Assembly: GCA_905178155.1 (NCBI GenBank)
Contig: CAJINV010000001.1
Location: 15,748,142-15,812,141, forward strand
Origin: Amoebophrya sp. A120
Taxonomy: Eukaryota > Protista > Dinoflagellata
Length of the DNA: 64,000 nt
Reading direction: 5' to 3'
Translations under genes and position numbers: made by a program
Part shown: piece by piece, positions 1 to 11,086 of the stretch
How the letters are laid out: the number at the start of each line of letters is the position of its first letter
How positions within the stretch are numbered: position 1 is the first letter of the stretch
The notes under the pieces: generated by a model
What the model saw: the letters and a program-made list of their open reading frames with translations, nothing else
What the model was told of the DNA's origin: nothing
The model's database searches: none

Positions 1-455
1 TTGCGAACGCGCAACCCCCCCCGAGCTGGGAATGTGAAGGCGAAGCTGAAGAAGGTTGCACTTTTTCCAAATGAAAAGTGCGGACTTTTGCTTTTTTTTG
101 CTTTTGCAGGAAAGGAAGAAAAGTTTGCTTTTTTTATTGCAGAAAGGGATAATCTGTCATGCATAAACAGCAACTGTCATGCATAAAAAGTAGCTCTTGC
201 CATTTTTTTTCGGGATGCTCATGCCCACCCGAAAAAAAACACACCAAAAGTGCAAAAATCCGTTTACAAAAGTGCATTTTCTCATAAGGTTTTCGCGTGC
301 TGTAACGGCAGGACCCCGGGTCGGGGTTCTCGGCTCTTCGATTTCCTGAAGGAGGAAGTTTCCGCCCGCGGCAAACTCCGACTTAGTCGTCCGTGCGGCC
401 GGACGGACGACTAAGTCGGCGATCCGACTTAGTTGAATCAATTGTTACCCCACTC
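1..455. mobile_element. Partial copy of the Mutator-like fold-back MITE (runs off the window start), inside an intron of the C45 gene
   Basis: 1..455 matches the reverse complement of 9810..10264 (no difference seen by eye; the ORF-track translations 157..441 and 9824..10108 are identical). It ends ...GTTACCCCACTC at 455, 20 bp inside a GT donor at 475 on the minus strand. Confidence 0.9.
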
Positions 456-475
456 CAATGAAAAATTAATCCTAC

Positions 476-3365
476 CATGAGTGTCATGTCCTTTCCCACG
501 GGCGGCGGCCCGATGGTTTCCGGATTGTACTGCAGGTGGTTTCCGTGCACGATGGTTCCCCCCTGCACCGGGTGTGCCTCCTCCACCACGAAGGTGGAAT
601 TGGACACTTCCGCGGAGTAGATGTACCCCGGGTCCGAGATGGTAAAGCAGTTCGGAATCCCGATTAGATCCTGGATGTACACGGCGTGCAGATACGCCAG
701 TGCGTGCTTCGCCGAGGGCAGCAGCAGCATCTCCCGGATCAGCGTGTTGGTCACCACCGCCTCGCAGCCGGAAACCTGGCCGCGCTCCCCGTTGTCGATG
801 TACTGCCAGAGCACGGACACGCCGTAGGCGTTGAGCCCCATGTAGGCGCCCTGCCCGGGGTGGGTGTAGATCATGGACGCGCAGGGCTCCAGGAACAGGC
901 CCTGGTGGAAGGACAGCTCCTTCGAAGTGAACAGAATGTTCATCTTGCGCATCTCCTGCATGAAGTTGTCCAGGTTCGCGGACAACATGGGGATCAGGAA
1001 GTCCGTCACGCGCTTTTTGCACCACGTCTCCAGCCGGTTCTGGTCGTCGATACTCATCTTGTTCAGCGCCGGCGTCTGCCCGTTTCCGGACTCCTCGGAC
1101 CCGATGGAATTCCGGGCGTGCTCCGCGGCGGACTCCGTGCCGGACTCCAGTTCGGATTCGAGGGACCGGTTCGAGGACAGAATCACCACGTCGTGCTTCC
1201 CGTCGTCGAAAAACGCAGGAGACTCATCGTTCGTTTGTCCACTGATCACACGGTGGTTGGGGTGCATGCCGCCGTACAGCGTGGCGATTCCCGTGCAGCC
1301 CACGTCGAAGTCGTTGCGCTCGTATGACCCGTACCTGACCGCGTCGGTGCGGCGGCCCGCCTGTGAGAAAGTCAATTGCTCGATAGAGAGGCGAATCAAA
1401 ACAAACTTGGAAACTAGAATTTCGGTTGAGAAGCAAACACAGATAGGAATTTGCCATGCTCAAGTGAACGATATGTTGAGCAGTAAACTGTACTCGAGAT
1501 TTCACTATGAGTCTGCCAGTTTCGATACAAAAAAAAAGTTGTCTCACCGAGCTAACGATGGTTCCGACGGTCGCGTTGCGCTCGATTACTAGTAGGTCGT
1601 CCTGCTCGCCCTCTGCGTTCTCCGGATGACTTGCTAGAGGCGGCCGGCCACCATCCAAGGAGGCTTTTGAGGACGTCGTCTTCCCAGCAAGCAGCACGGA
1701 GCCCCCTCCACCATAACTGTCGATCCCGGAAGGCAGCGATCGCCTCATGGTAGCCGTCATCCGGCTGTCTTTCGACACGGAGGGTGGCAGGTTGGCTACG
1801 GCGGACCCGACATCATGATCAACTTCGGTGGACGCCAGCCGCGAGATGTCGCTGTCGTGCATGTGGCGACCCCCCGCGGTGCGGCCCCCCGGCACGCCGC
1901 CGTAGTACTCGGTGCTGGCGAACCGCGAAAAGTGGCTGTCGTCGTCCCGTGCGTGCACTTTCCCATGCCGCCCGTCCGGCTGTTGTTGTCCGGCAAGTTG
2001 TAAATGGTGGTCTCCGGCTCCGACGGAAGAAGCGTACCGCGAGAAGTCGCTGTGCTGCCCCGCATGGTACCGGGCGCCGTGTCGCGCGTCTGGCGCGTCG
2101 GTCACGTCACTGGCGTACCGCGAGATGTCGCTGTGTTGTCCGCGGGCGTACTTCGCGCCAGCGCGCCCCTCGGGAAGGTTGTGGTCGTACACAAGGCTAC
2201 TGCTGCCGGACGCAAGACGCTCGATGTCGCTCACCTTCGAGTGCTGGATCTTCTGCCCCTGCCGGCCGGCGGGAAGAACGTTCTTGGGCTTATTTTTGTT
2301 TTTCAAGTGGTCCTCCAGATGATCGTCGCTCAGGCTCGTGTCGCTGCTCGCGTTCGGCCCATACTGGTCTACGGAGCTGGAGGAGGCACTGTCGTCCCCT
2401 TGATTCATTTCCGAAGACTGAGACTGCGCCGTATGCTCGTCCGTGTCCACTTCTTGTTGCGTCGCCGAGTTGTGGTCCGAAGTTTTCTTGTTTGCCTTCT
2501 TCTTCACGGGCTGCCTCTCACTGCTCTGCTCGGACGACTCCTCGTCTGAGGATTCGGTTAACGCGGAATCCTGTTCGGAAAGGAGAGCGTTTTCCGCGAT
2601 GGGCAAGGCCCTCATCTGGGTCCAGCTGTCTTCGTGCGTTTGGGAGTTGCGCACGATTGCGTTGTCGTGCTCCCCCTTCATGGACTGCAAGTACACCTCG
2701 AACTTTTCCGTGTGCTTTACGAAATCGGAGCTGGACCGGGCGTGCAGTTCCGACATCAGCAGCTCGTAGTCCACCGCGATATCAAGTGTAAAAATGTCTG
2801 GGTCGGGAAGAATGCCTGTTTGTCATGCTTGTCTGGCATGACTCTTAAATCTGTCACGCACGTTACCCAAGAGCTCCATTTTTCTGTGATGCAGGTCATG
2901 CGGAATTGGCAACACCTAGAAGCTCAGAAACTTGTCATGCGGAGCCAGCAATTGCGGCCTCCTCATGATACGCCACACAGCATCACAAGTTTCCAGACCC
3001 AGACATTTTTACTTTTGATACGCGAGGCGCATCAGCATCTTGAGAAAGGGCGGTTCCTCAACCCCCCCGCCCCGACTGCGCTCCCACTGGGCCTGGCAGC
3101 CGGCCACCATGCCCTCGAGCTCGACGTAGGAGGTCGGCGCAAAGTCTTCCATGCTGTCCACGGCCTTCTCCGCCATCAGATCCCACTCCTGGATCACGGC
3201 GGGACGCATGGAAGCCTTGTACACTTCTACCTTGGCCTGGTACAACCGCAACAGGTCCTCCAGCATGGCCTCCCCGATCCGGAAACCACGCTCGTAGGGG
3301 GAAGTTGAGGACACGCGGACCACACGGCCCCGGCCAACACGTTCGGTCGACTCCGTGGCGCCCAT
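476..3365 (-). CDS. Peptidase C45 / acyl-CoA:6-APA acyltransferase-like Ntn hydrolase with a large low-complexity insert; 3' part continues beyond the window start
   Basis: Exons 3365-3021, 2774-1548, 1360-476 join in frame (GT-AG intron 1361-1547; element-derived intron 2775-3020). Motifs: PYERGFRIG...ELEGMVAG, GCT (Ntn Cys), GQTND, GLNAYGVSV, HGNH. Starts MGATES (possible myristoylation). Confidence 0.75.
2780..3020. mobile_element. Introner/MITE family A, copy 1 (30-bp TIR, 5-bp TSD CGCGA)
   Basis: TIR TATCAAGTGTAAAAATGTCTGGGTCGGGAA matches the right end at 27/30. CGCGA at 2775-2779 and 3021-3025. Removing 246 bp joins MLMRLA|VDYELL. Homologous to 47369..47619. Confidence 0.9.
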
Positions 3366-4166
3366 AATGTATTCTTACGTTACCGAACAAGATCCAAAAA
3401 GGATACCTTTACTTCGAAGTCCGTGTGCCGTCCTTGCGTAACAAGCTATCAAGGTGAAGTAGGAGGGCCGTTGTGGCGCTGCAGGAAACAAGAGGGAAAG
3501 GTTGTCATTTCGGGCTTAGATAAATGCAAGGTTCTAAGCTTTCTTGGTACTCAGTTCAATTAATCTCTAAAGGGGGGGTAATTTAAAATTACAACCGCAA
3601 AGTCTGACGGTTTGAAAGACGGAAAGAGCTTTGTCGTGCTAGAAAGTCATTTACGGTTCGTTTCTTTATAAAGTCTTCTAAGAACGAGCAACGGAATCAG
3701 ACGCCAATCTGCTTGTACGAAAACGCTGAGAAGTACTTCTACCGACGAAGTCCGTGACTCACAGAGGGGTACGACAGACGTCTCAATCAGTGGGACGAGG
3801 TGCACCGATGAAAAGTTGAAGCTTTTTTTGAACGAACGAAAGCATGCTGTGGCTTGGAACGACTACGAGTTAACGTAGTTAACGTTGCAGCAGAAGCATA
3901 AAGAGACAGAACCGAGGGAGTCAGAGCAAATGTATGACGCTCGACGCAACCGACTGCTTTACGTACTTATTTTGCAATGATGTTTTGTTAGGCAAGCCGA
4001 AACCGACAAAGAGTGAATCGAAAAAGAACCACTAACACCGACAAAACCAACATAGAGACCAAGAGAGCTTCGTATCCAGCTGGAATGATGATTTCCATTG
4101 GCAGTGGCTGCGGTGAAGTCGCTATTTGTATTTGCTTCAGTGCGTACAAAAAAATGGAGATGCAAA

Positions 4167-5765
4167 CTACCTCTGATCGTCTCCAAAGAAAGCTGACCGA
4201 ACGTTGAACGAGAGTGTTCTTTTCATATCGAAACTTCCTTCAGCGGAAGCGGAACCGCTGGAAATTATGGGGTCATCCTGCTCTTCGTCTCTGCTTCTGC
4301 CCTCTCCACCCGAATGCCCTTTGCCCGTGGTATCCCCAAACAGAAAACCCTCTCCAAACCCGAAGTTCTTTCGTGTTTTTTTGGCCACGACAGCAGGCTG
4401 GGTATCGGGGAAAGGAAAAGTTTCTACTTTGTCCTTCGTCGCGTCTGAGAAGCCAAATAGAGCAGCATCTTGACCTGTTGTTGTTTTCTGTTGCTCTCCC
4501 CAGCCTGGCTTTGGCTTCGGTGGCTCCTTTTTCAGGATACTGCCTCGCCGGCTCAACTTCGGCTTTGGCGGTGGGCTCTCCTGCTCGCCCTTCTTCTTTT
4601 TTACCACCAGTTCAGCTGCTCGCGTTTTCACAGCTACCGTATGCTTTCCCTCTGTCTCTTTCTCAGGCGAGGAACTGGAACTGCAAGTGGTTGAGGAATC
4701 GTCTGCCAGCGGAAATCGGACCAGACCAAGCAGCGGAACGTTGCGCAAAACAAAACCACTGTAGTCCTCGTCGTCGCTCGAGTTGTAATGATCTTGGCCA
4801 CAAGGGATCGGCAGCAGTGAATCTGACTCCTCTTCCCCGAAAAACAGGCGTCGATATTCAGGAGGGCACGTGTCTTCGCTAATTTCCAACATACTAACTG
4901 CGAATCCGTCTGCGTCAAGAACAATGGGCGGTTTGGTTTTTTCTATTGCTTTGTTATCTGGCAAAGCTGCTCCAGAGAAGCGCGGCCCCTGCGCTCCGTT
5001 ATAGCTTCGGGATGAAGCAGCCACCAAAAGTAGAGCAGGCAGCTGCTCTCGTATAAGCAATGTGAGGTCATCGTTGTGGTCATCGTTTGTAGTGTGATTT
5101 CCCGCAGTGCCGAACGTTACATTCTCTTTAACAATCGCACTAAAATCACCTGTTGTACCCACCGAGCTCGCGGATTTAATATTGGCGTGCTGCAGGCCTC
5201 GCCCCGCATCTGAAGCTCTTGCTTCCACCACTTTCGTTCGCGGGACTCCACTGCTCGGCTTGGAAATTCGGTCCTCCGCGCTCGACAGGCGCTCAGCGGC
5301 GCGCTCGAGAATCGTATCAACAGCGTCGTCATTCAACTCAGCGGACTGAGGTTCCCTATCGTTTGACCCGTTCATCTTCGCGTCACTGATGCCAGAAGCT
5401 GTACTGGCCTCAACTATGCAGAGCGCCACTCGGGGCACCCATGGGCGTTTAATCAAATGCGCTGTGACTTCCGCCGCTGTTCTAGGTGGCGTATTCTGCT
5501 GTGCCTCAGACCCGCCCTCAACATCGTCCACATCCAAGTGCAATGTTGTGTACGCAGAACCTCCAGGGCCGAACGTTTCCCGCGAGAGCTGCATTGACGC
5601 CAAAAAAACGCCCTTGTAGGCTTGGGTATGCGCGTTGGTCCAAGGAAATGATACTGCATCGGGATTGCGCCACTCATGCAAGACAAAATCTGTACTTTCG
5701 CCCCTTGTGCTGGTGTCGAGGCACAACACCGCTGTGATCCGAGCACTGTAGTTCTTGTTCGCCAT
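4167..5765 (-). CDS. Hypothetical protein (532 aa)
   Basis: Long ATG-initiated ORF on the same strand as its neighbours; no recognisable domain. Confidence 0.6.
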   Translation of the reverse strand: MANKNYSARITAVLCLDTSTRGESTDFVLHEWRNPDAVSFPWTNAHTQAYKGVFLASMQLSRETFGPGGSAYTTLHLDVDDVEGGSEAQQNTPPRTAAEVTAHLIKRPWVPRVALCIVEASTASGISDAKMNGSNDREPQSAELNDDAVDTILERAAERLSSAEDRISKPSSGVPRTKVVEARASDAGRGLQHANIKSASSVGTTGDFSAIVKENVTFGTAGNHTTNDDHNDDLTLLIREQLPALLLVAASSRSYNGAQGPRFSGAALPDNKAIEKTKPPIVLDADGFAVSMLEISEDTCPPEYRRLFFGEEESDSLLPIPCGQDHYNSSDDEDYSGFVLRNVPLLGLVRFPLADDSSTTCSSSSSPEKETEGKHTVAVKTRAAELVVKKKKGEQESPPPKPKLSRRGSILKKEPPKPKPGWGEQQKTTTGQDAALFGFSDATKDKVETFPFPDTQPAVVAKKTRKNFGFGEGFLFGDTTGKGHSGGEGRSRDEEQDDPIISSGSASAEGSFDMKRTLSFNVRSAFFGDDQR

Positions 5766-6492
5766 CTTGATGTTTTATGTTTCGTCTTTCATCTGTGTTT
5801 CTAGCATACTGATACTTACCTCAAGAAGCGCTGTTTGTTGTTGAGTTGCAACCTGCTCGGCGGGCATTTTTGTGAGATTAATTTGGTTTCTTTACGCACT
5901 AGAAAGAAGGGAGACAAATAGAATCCACACAAAAACGCGAATCCGAGGGCGTCGAAAAAACACATGATACACTGCCGTGCCGTCCGCATCGGCCGCCTAC
6001 GTGCAGGCAGGCGCAGGCCTCCAATTGTGATACTCCTCGTGTACCTCCTCAATTGGCCACGATGGCTTTTCAAGTAGTTCTGCTTAGACTTACATCTTAC
6101 AAGGGTTCATTTGACGTGCATTTGCTTTTCGTTGCTAATTATTATGGCACATTACGAGATGAGGATGACCTCGTCTTCTACGTATGATTTTCACTTTTCT
6201 GAATCATCCAAGGGTTTGTGTTGATCACGACTACGTAACTCAATCAAGATGATATACTCGTCCCAATAAAGCGATGATATCGAAGGCGTATCAGGCTAAT
6301 GTGATGTACATAATTCGGAAGGTTTTTATCGAGTTATACATTGTTCTAGCATTGATTTAATTTTGGACGAAACGTTCACTGAGAAGAAGGTCAACATTGT
6401 ACAAAATTTTCTGTACCCAAATTCTGAAATTGAAGCTAATGATGAAAAGTTAAAGATTCTTTGTTTTTCACTACCAAGATAATCGACGGAAC

Positions 6493-9450
6493 CTATCTAG
6501 GCGGTGACCCGGCGCCGGAAAGCCAGCTTGAATTTCCGTCTCCGAACAGGAACGTCGGGTCTGCGGTGCCTCGTATCGGCGAAACCATGTTACCTTTTTT
6601 GGTTAAGGCACAAGAGGACGCAATTTTTCAGAAATTGTCGAGCCTTCGCTCTTTGAAGCATTATTTACCAGCGAAGATGTTGCTACTGCGATTACCGTCT
6701 GACCAGCACCAGCACCAGCAAAAGAAAAAGAATCGAATTCGAATACAAATTTCTTTTGATGCATGACAAGAACTGCGTTATACCTGGTCCTGACCGGTCA
6801 AACAGCCTGGACCCGACGTTCTGCGTTGGAGAATTCGTTTGCAGAAGCCTCCGAACCTGCGTCTGGTCCGTGCTCAGCTTTTCCTCACCTAGGATCCGCT
6901 GCCGCTTCTCCGAATCCACCTGGGCCATGATTTCCTCCTTCAGCATCTGCATACGGGCAAACACGTTTTCGACATCCAGCATGCGCACGTTTGCTTCCGA
7001 GGACAAACCGCTCTGCAGACGCCTTATGTCCTCGGCCACGCGCCGGTTTTTGTCCGTCTGGCTATCTTCCGCGCGCTGCTGCTCCGAAGAGAGCAAGTCA
7101 CAACCCTGCTGGACTCGTCGCTCCATTTCGCCGGAGATGGCCTTGATTTTTTTTGGCGAATCTATCATGACTTGACTTTAATTCAGTGTGCCACTCCCTT
7201 CTGACGAGCGCAAACACTTCCTTTCACACAAGAAAAGGCCAAGGGAAGCCGGCTACGACCCCTTTGCTTGCCTATTTATGCATAGATACCTGTGTCGTCT
7301 TTTCGCACCAGTCCCGCAGATCCGATATCTCGACTTTGCGCTTATCGTTGTCCTTTACTCGTTCCACGTTGTGCTGCGCCACGGTGCCCTCGATTTTCTG
7401 ATTGGTAAGCTGCTGCACCTGAAGCTCGTTCCACACTTCGTCGAAGCGGGCCATCAGGTCGCCCTTCTGTTGTCCGACGATTTTCTCCAAGTCTTGCGTC
7501 CTGCTGGTCGAGTGTTTGTCTATCTCCGCCATACCCGCCTTCACGTCGTACAGAGCTGCGGTAAGCTGCTCGTTCTCCGCGTTGCGGCGATTTGCCTGTA
7601 TGTAGGATGTTAGTGTAGCCAGATGCCTTGTTTACCCTTTTTCGCAAGCAGAGACATCGCAAGTTGATCATCGTCGTACTACCAGCAGAACGGAGCAACC
7701 CGAAAAACCTTGCGAGCGATGTGACGCAAAAAATCTTCTGAAAAATAAATACCTCCACCAAGACTTTCTGTGTGACTTCGTTGACAGAATCCGCTAACTG
7801 CTTCTCTTTAATGAATTCCAAATTTGCTTGGTGGCGAAAACTGCTGAGCTCATGAAAGGCTTCGTCCACTTTTGTCTGCACGTCGCCCATCGTCATGCCC
7901 AAAGCGGAGCACTCCTGGTTTCTGGCCCGCTGCTCGGCATCGAGCTTCTTCCCGAGCTCGTCGGTTCGCTGCTCGAAGCCCTTATTGGTGTAGTCTATCG
8001 CGTCCCGCACTTGCGCCAGCAAGTGGTCCCGCGTAGTCTCCTCCTCGTGCACCTTTTGCAGTATGGTCGTCCGCACCTGCGCGACGTCGGCGGAGGCGTT
8101 GCTAAAGCCCTCCTTTGTGCGGAGTTCGCACGATTTCACCTCTTCCAGCACTCGTGTCAGCCTCAAATCGAAGTCCTTCACGCAACCCAGAATCTGCTTG
8201 TCCAAAGCCATGTGGCTGGTGTGCAGCTTCGCGCCGAACTCGTCTTTGGACTTTTCCAGGTCCTTCTGCACGAATTCGTGACCGCTGCGGAGCTCCTTCT
8301 GCAGCGCCGCGAAGCTGTATTCGTGCTTCTTCGCGTGCGACCCCACTTGGTCCTCCAAATTGCTGTGTCTCTCCAGCATCTCTGACCGGCTCCCGTTGAT
8401 CTCTTGCAGCAGCGTTTCGTGGACGTTCTGCACATTTTGCATCATGCGGTTCATGTTCTGGTTCGTCGTGGACTCGCTTCCGGCCACCTTGGTGTTCATG
8501 TCGCGCAGGTCCTTTGCGAGGCCGTTTACCGTCTGCTCCAGCGCCTTCGTGCGGGCCTGAGGTGTGTGGTCGTTCGTGTAGAAATAAATTACACGGAGTC
8601 AGCAACAGCGGGCTGAGGTTGGGTATCAAAAGCAAAAAACGCCGTTATGAAGAGGAAAAACGCTAAAGAACTTTATTGCACTTAAGGTGCGCCACGTGCA
8701 TTTTTCAAATTAGTGGTCAATGTACCGCCTCCTCGATTTCTTGCTCTAACGCTGCCAACCGCAGGTTTTGCTCGTGCATGGTCTTGTCAGCACGGTCGTG
8801 AAGCGTCTGAAGGCTAGCGTGTTCGTTTACCATGTGGGCACGTAGCTGGGCGAATTCATCTTGCGTCTGTGATTTTCGATTTTTCCGAATACGCTCGACG
8901 CACTCGCTCCTGCTGGAATAAGATATAACATAGATATGCAACATGGCATTGAAGATGATGCCAACTTTGGTTCCATGAAACAAAACATTAGCTCCAGTAG
9001 CACCAAAATCACAAAATCCTAAATCACCGCCTGATCCCGCTTCGCAATCATCGTCTGCAGCTGTTGAAACTGGTTGGTGACGTTGTCCGTCACGCGGTTT
9101 ACCCTTTCCTCCCACTGTTTCGTGGCCTCCAACAACTCTCGGTTCCATTGCAAGGTCGCTTCGTCGAGCATCTTTTTCCACTCGGCGCTTCGGTCCTCGA
9201 GCATCTGCTGGAGAGCCCGGTTCTGGGCGTACAGGTGCTGGAAGGTCTGCTGTGTGATGGCATCCTGTTGGGCAGACGCCTCGCGATTCAGCGTGTAGAG
9301 GTTTTGCACCAAATCCTTCGTCACCGAACACCGCGAACTGTCTGCCATCAAGACCGCGGCCGTGGTGCCTATGGGCGACCTGGCGCGCGGTGGGATGGCG
9401 CCCGGTCCATGTAGTGGCGAACCCACGATACCCTCCATGCAAGAGGACAT
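6493..9450 (-). CDS. Multi-exon coiled-coil protein of unknown function
   Basis: E/Q/K/L-rich helical ORF segments (9450-9028, from 8866, from ~8537, from ~7591, from ~7141, last exon to a stop at 6493) join in phase through GT-AG introns. First and last exons are uncertain. Confidence 0.6.
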
Positions 9451-9809
9451 GCGAGAACCACGGCGGGGGAATTGCTCTTCGCCTTGATGTCTGTGTGGAC
9501 AACTACACGGCTACGCGCAGACGACCATAGTATGTGCCTTCTTAGAGCTAGAGTGAGACATACTCCTGGTGAGGGGAAATCATGCAACCAATTTACCTGG
9601 TGGAGGTGCGGGTGCCGAGCTGGAATTATATCTCTCACGTTACGCTTATGAAGCTGGCAACGCATGAGAAGAAAAAGACGGCGGGAAAAAAGCGAACAGG
9701 CAGCGGTAAAGGCTCATTTGTTTGTACAGAGCAGAAGAGCGGAGAATTATTCCTGCTCATTCTCGCCCATCTATACTTCATCCAACATCACCCAATGAAT
9801 AAACTGAAA

Positions 9810-10888
9810 GAGTGGGGTAACAATTGATTCAACTAAGTCGGATCGCCGACTTAGTCGTCCGTCCGGCCGCACGGACGACTAAGTCGGAGTTTGCCGCGGG
9901 CGGAAACTTCCTCCTTCAGGAAATCGAAGAGCCGAGAACCCCGACCCGGGGTCCTGCCGTTACAGCACGCGAAAACCTTATGAGAAAATGCACTTTTGTA
10001 AACGGATTTTTGCACTTTTGGTGTGTTTTTTTTCGGGTGGGCATGAGCATCCCGAAAAAAAATGGCAAGAGCTACTTTTTATGCATGACAGTTGCTGTTT
10101 ATGCATGACAGATTATCCCTTTCTGCAATAAAAAAAGCAAACTTTTCTTCCTTTCCTGCAAAAGCAAAAAAAAGCAAAAGTCCGCACTTTTCATTTGGAA
10201 AAAGTGCAACCTTCTTCAGCTTCGCCTTCACATTCCCAGCTCGGGGGGGGTTGCGCGTTCGCAAGCAAAAGCCCGCACTTTCAAAAGTGCAATCTTTTTC
10301 AGCTTCATTCCCAGCTCGGCTCGGTGGGGTTGTGCGAATTCCCGGCTCGGGGGGTTGCGCGAATTCCCAGCTCCGGGGGTTTCGCGTTCGTTGCGCGTCT
10401 GGCGAACGCGCAACCCCCCCGAGCTGGGGATTCGCGCAACCCCCCCGAGCCGAGTGTGAATGCGAAGCTGAAAAAGGTTGCACTTTTTCCAGATGAAAAA
10501 AGTACTCAAATGAAAAATGCGGACTTTCGCTTTTTTTTGCTTTTGCAGGAAATGAAGGAAAATTAGTTTTTTTCAATTGCAGAAAGGGCTAATCTCTCAT
10601 GCATAAACAGAAACTGTCATGCAGAAAAAACAGCATTTGCCATTTTTTTTCGGAATGCTCCCCTGAAAAAAAAAACACGCCAAAAGCGCAAAAATCCGCT
10701 TACAAAAGTGCACTTTCTCATACGGTTTTCAGATGCTGGAACGGCAGGACCCCGGGTCGGGGTTCTCGGCTCTTCGATTTCCTGAAGGAGGAAGTTTCCC
10801 GCGACAAAGTCCGACTTAGTCGTCCGTGCGGCCGGACGGACGACTAAGTCGGCGATCCGACTTAGTTGAATCAATTGTTACCCCACTC
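9810..10888. mobile_element. Mutator-like fold-back non-autonomous element (1079 bp)
   Basis: 79-bp perfect TIR starting GAGTGGGGTAACAATTG, with imperfect inverted symmetry continuing for ~450 bp. Flanks AAACTGAAA (9801-9809) and AAACTAAAA (10889-10897) form a 9-bp TSD with 1 mismatch. No transposase ORF. Confidence 0.9.
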
Positions 10889-11086
10889 AAACTAAAATTG
10901 AGAGCCGAAACAAAAGCTCTTTGCTTGTTTGGTTTTGAATGCCATTTTTGCTGGAAGAAAACTTCCAGCAAACCATCTCAACACATCTACATCTCTCCGA
11001 GTGCGCATATTGAAAGTTTCACCATTCTCCGCAATTGAATCAGAATCGGGTTCTTACTTTTTATTCTTCGATGTTGCCCCAGCTTG

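Noticed and set aside
1830-2240. Spaced DNA repeats (e.g. GCGTACCGCGAGA.GTCGCTGTG) that superficially resemble a CRISPR array
   Set aside because: Degenerate, irregularly spaced, in frame and encoding a peptide repeat; eukaryotic context with no cas genes.
7140-7230. Apparent frameshift at an A8 run in the coiled-coil gene
   Set aside because: Explained by an in-phase GT-AG intron ending ...AAATCAAG|GCC (EKTTQ|AISGEM).
456-9809. Composite transposon formed by the two inverted fold-back copies
   Set aside because: The TIR ends at 455 and 9810 face away from this interval, and the complete copy has its own TSD; these are independent insertions.
9824-10874. ORFs within the fold-back element (also 1..186 and 157..441)
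   Set aside because: Short, mirrored on both arms and without transposase motifs; by-products of the palindrome.
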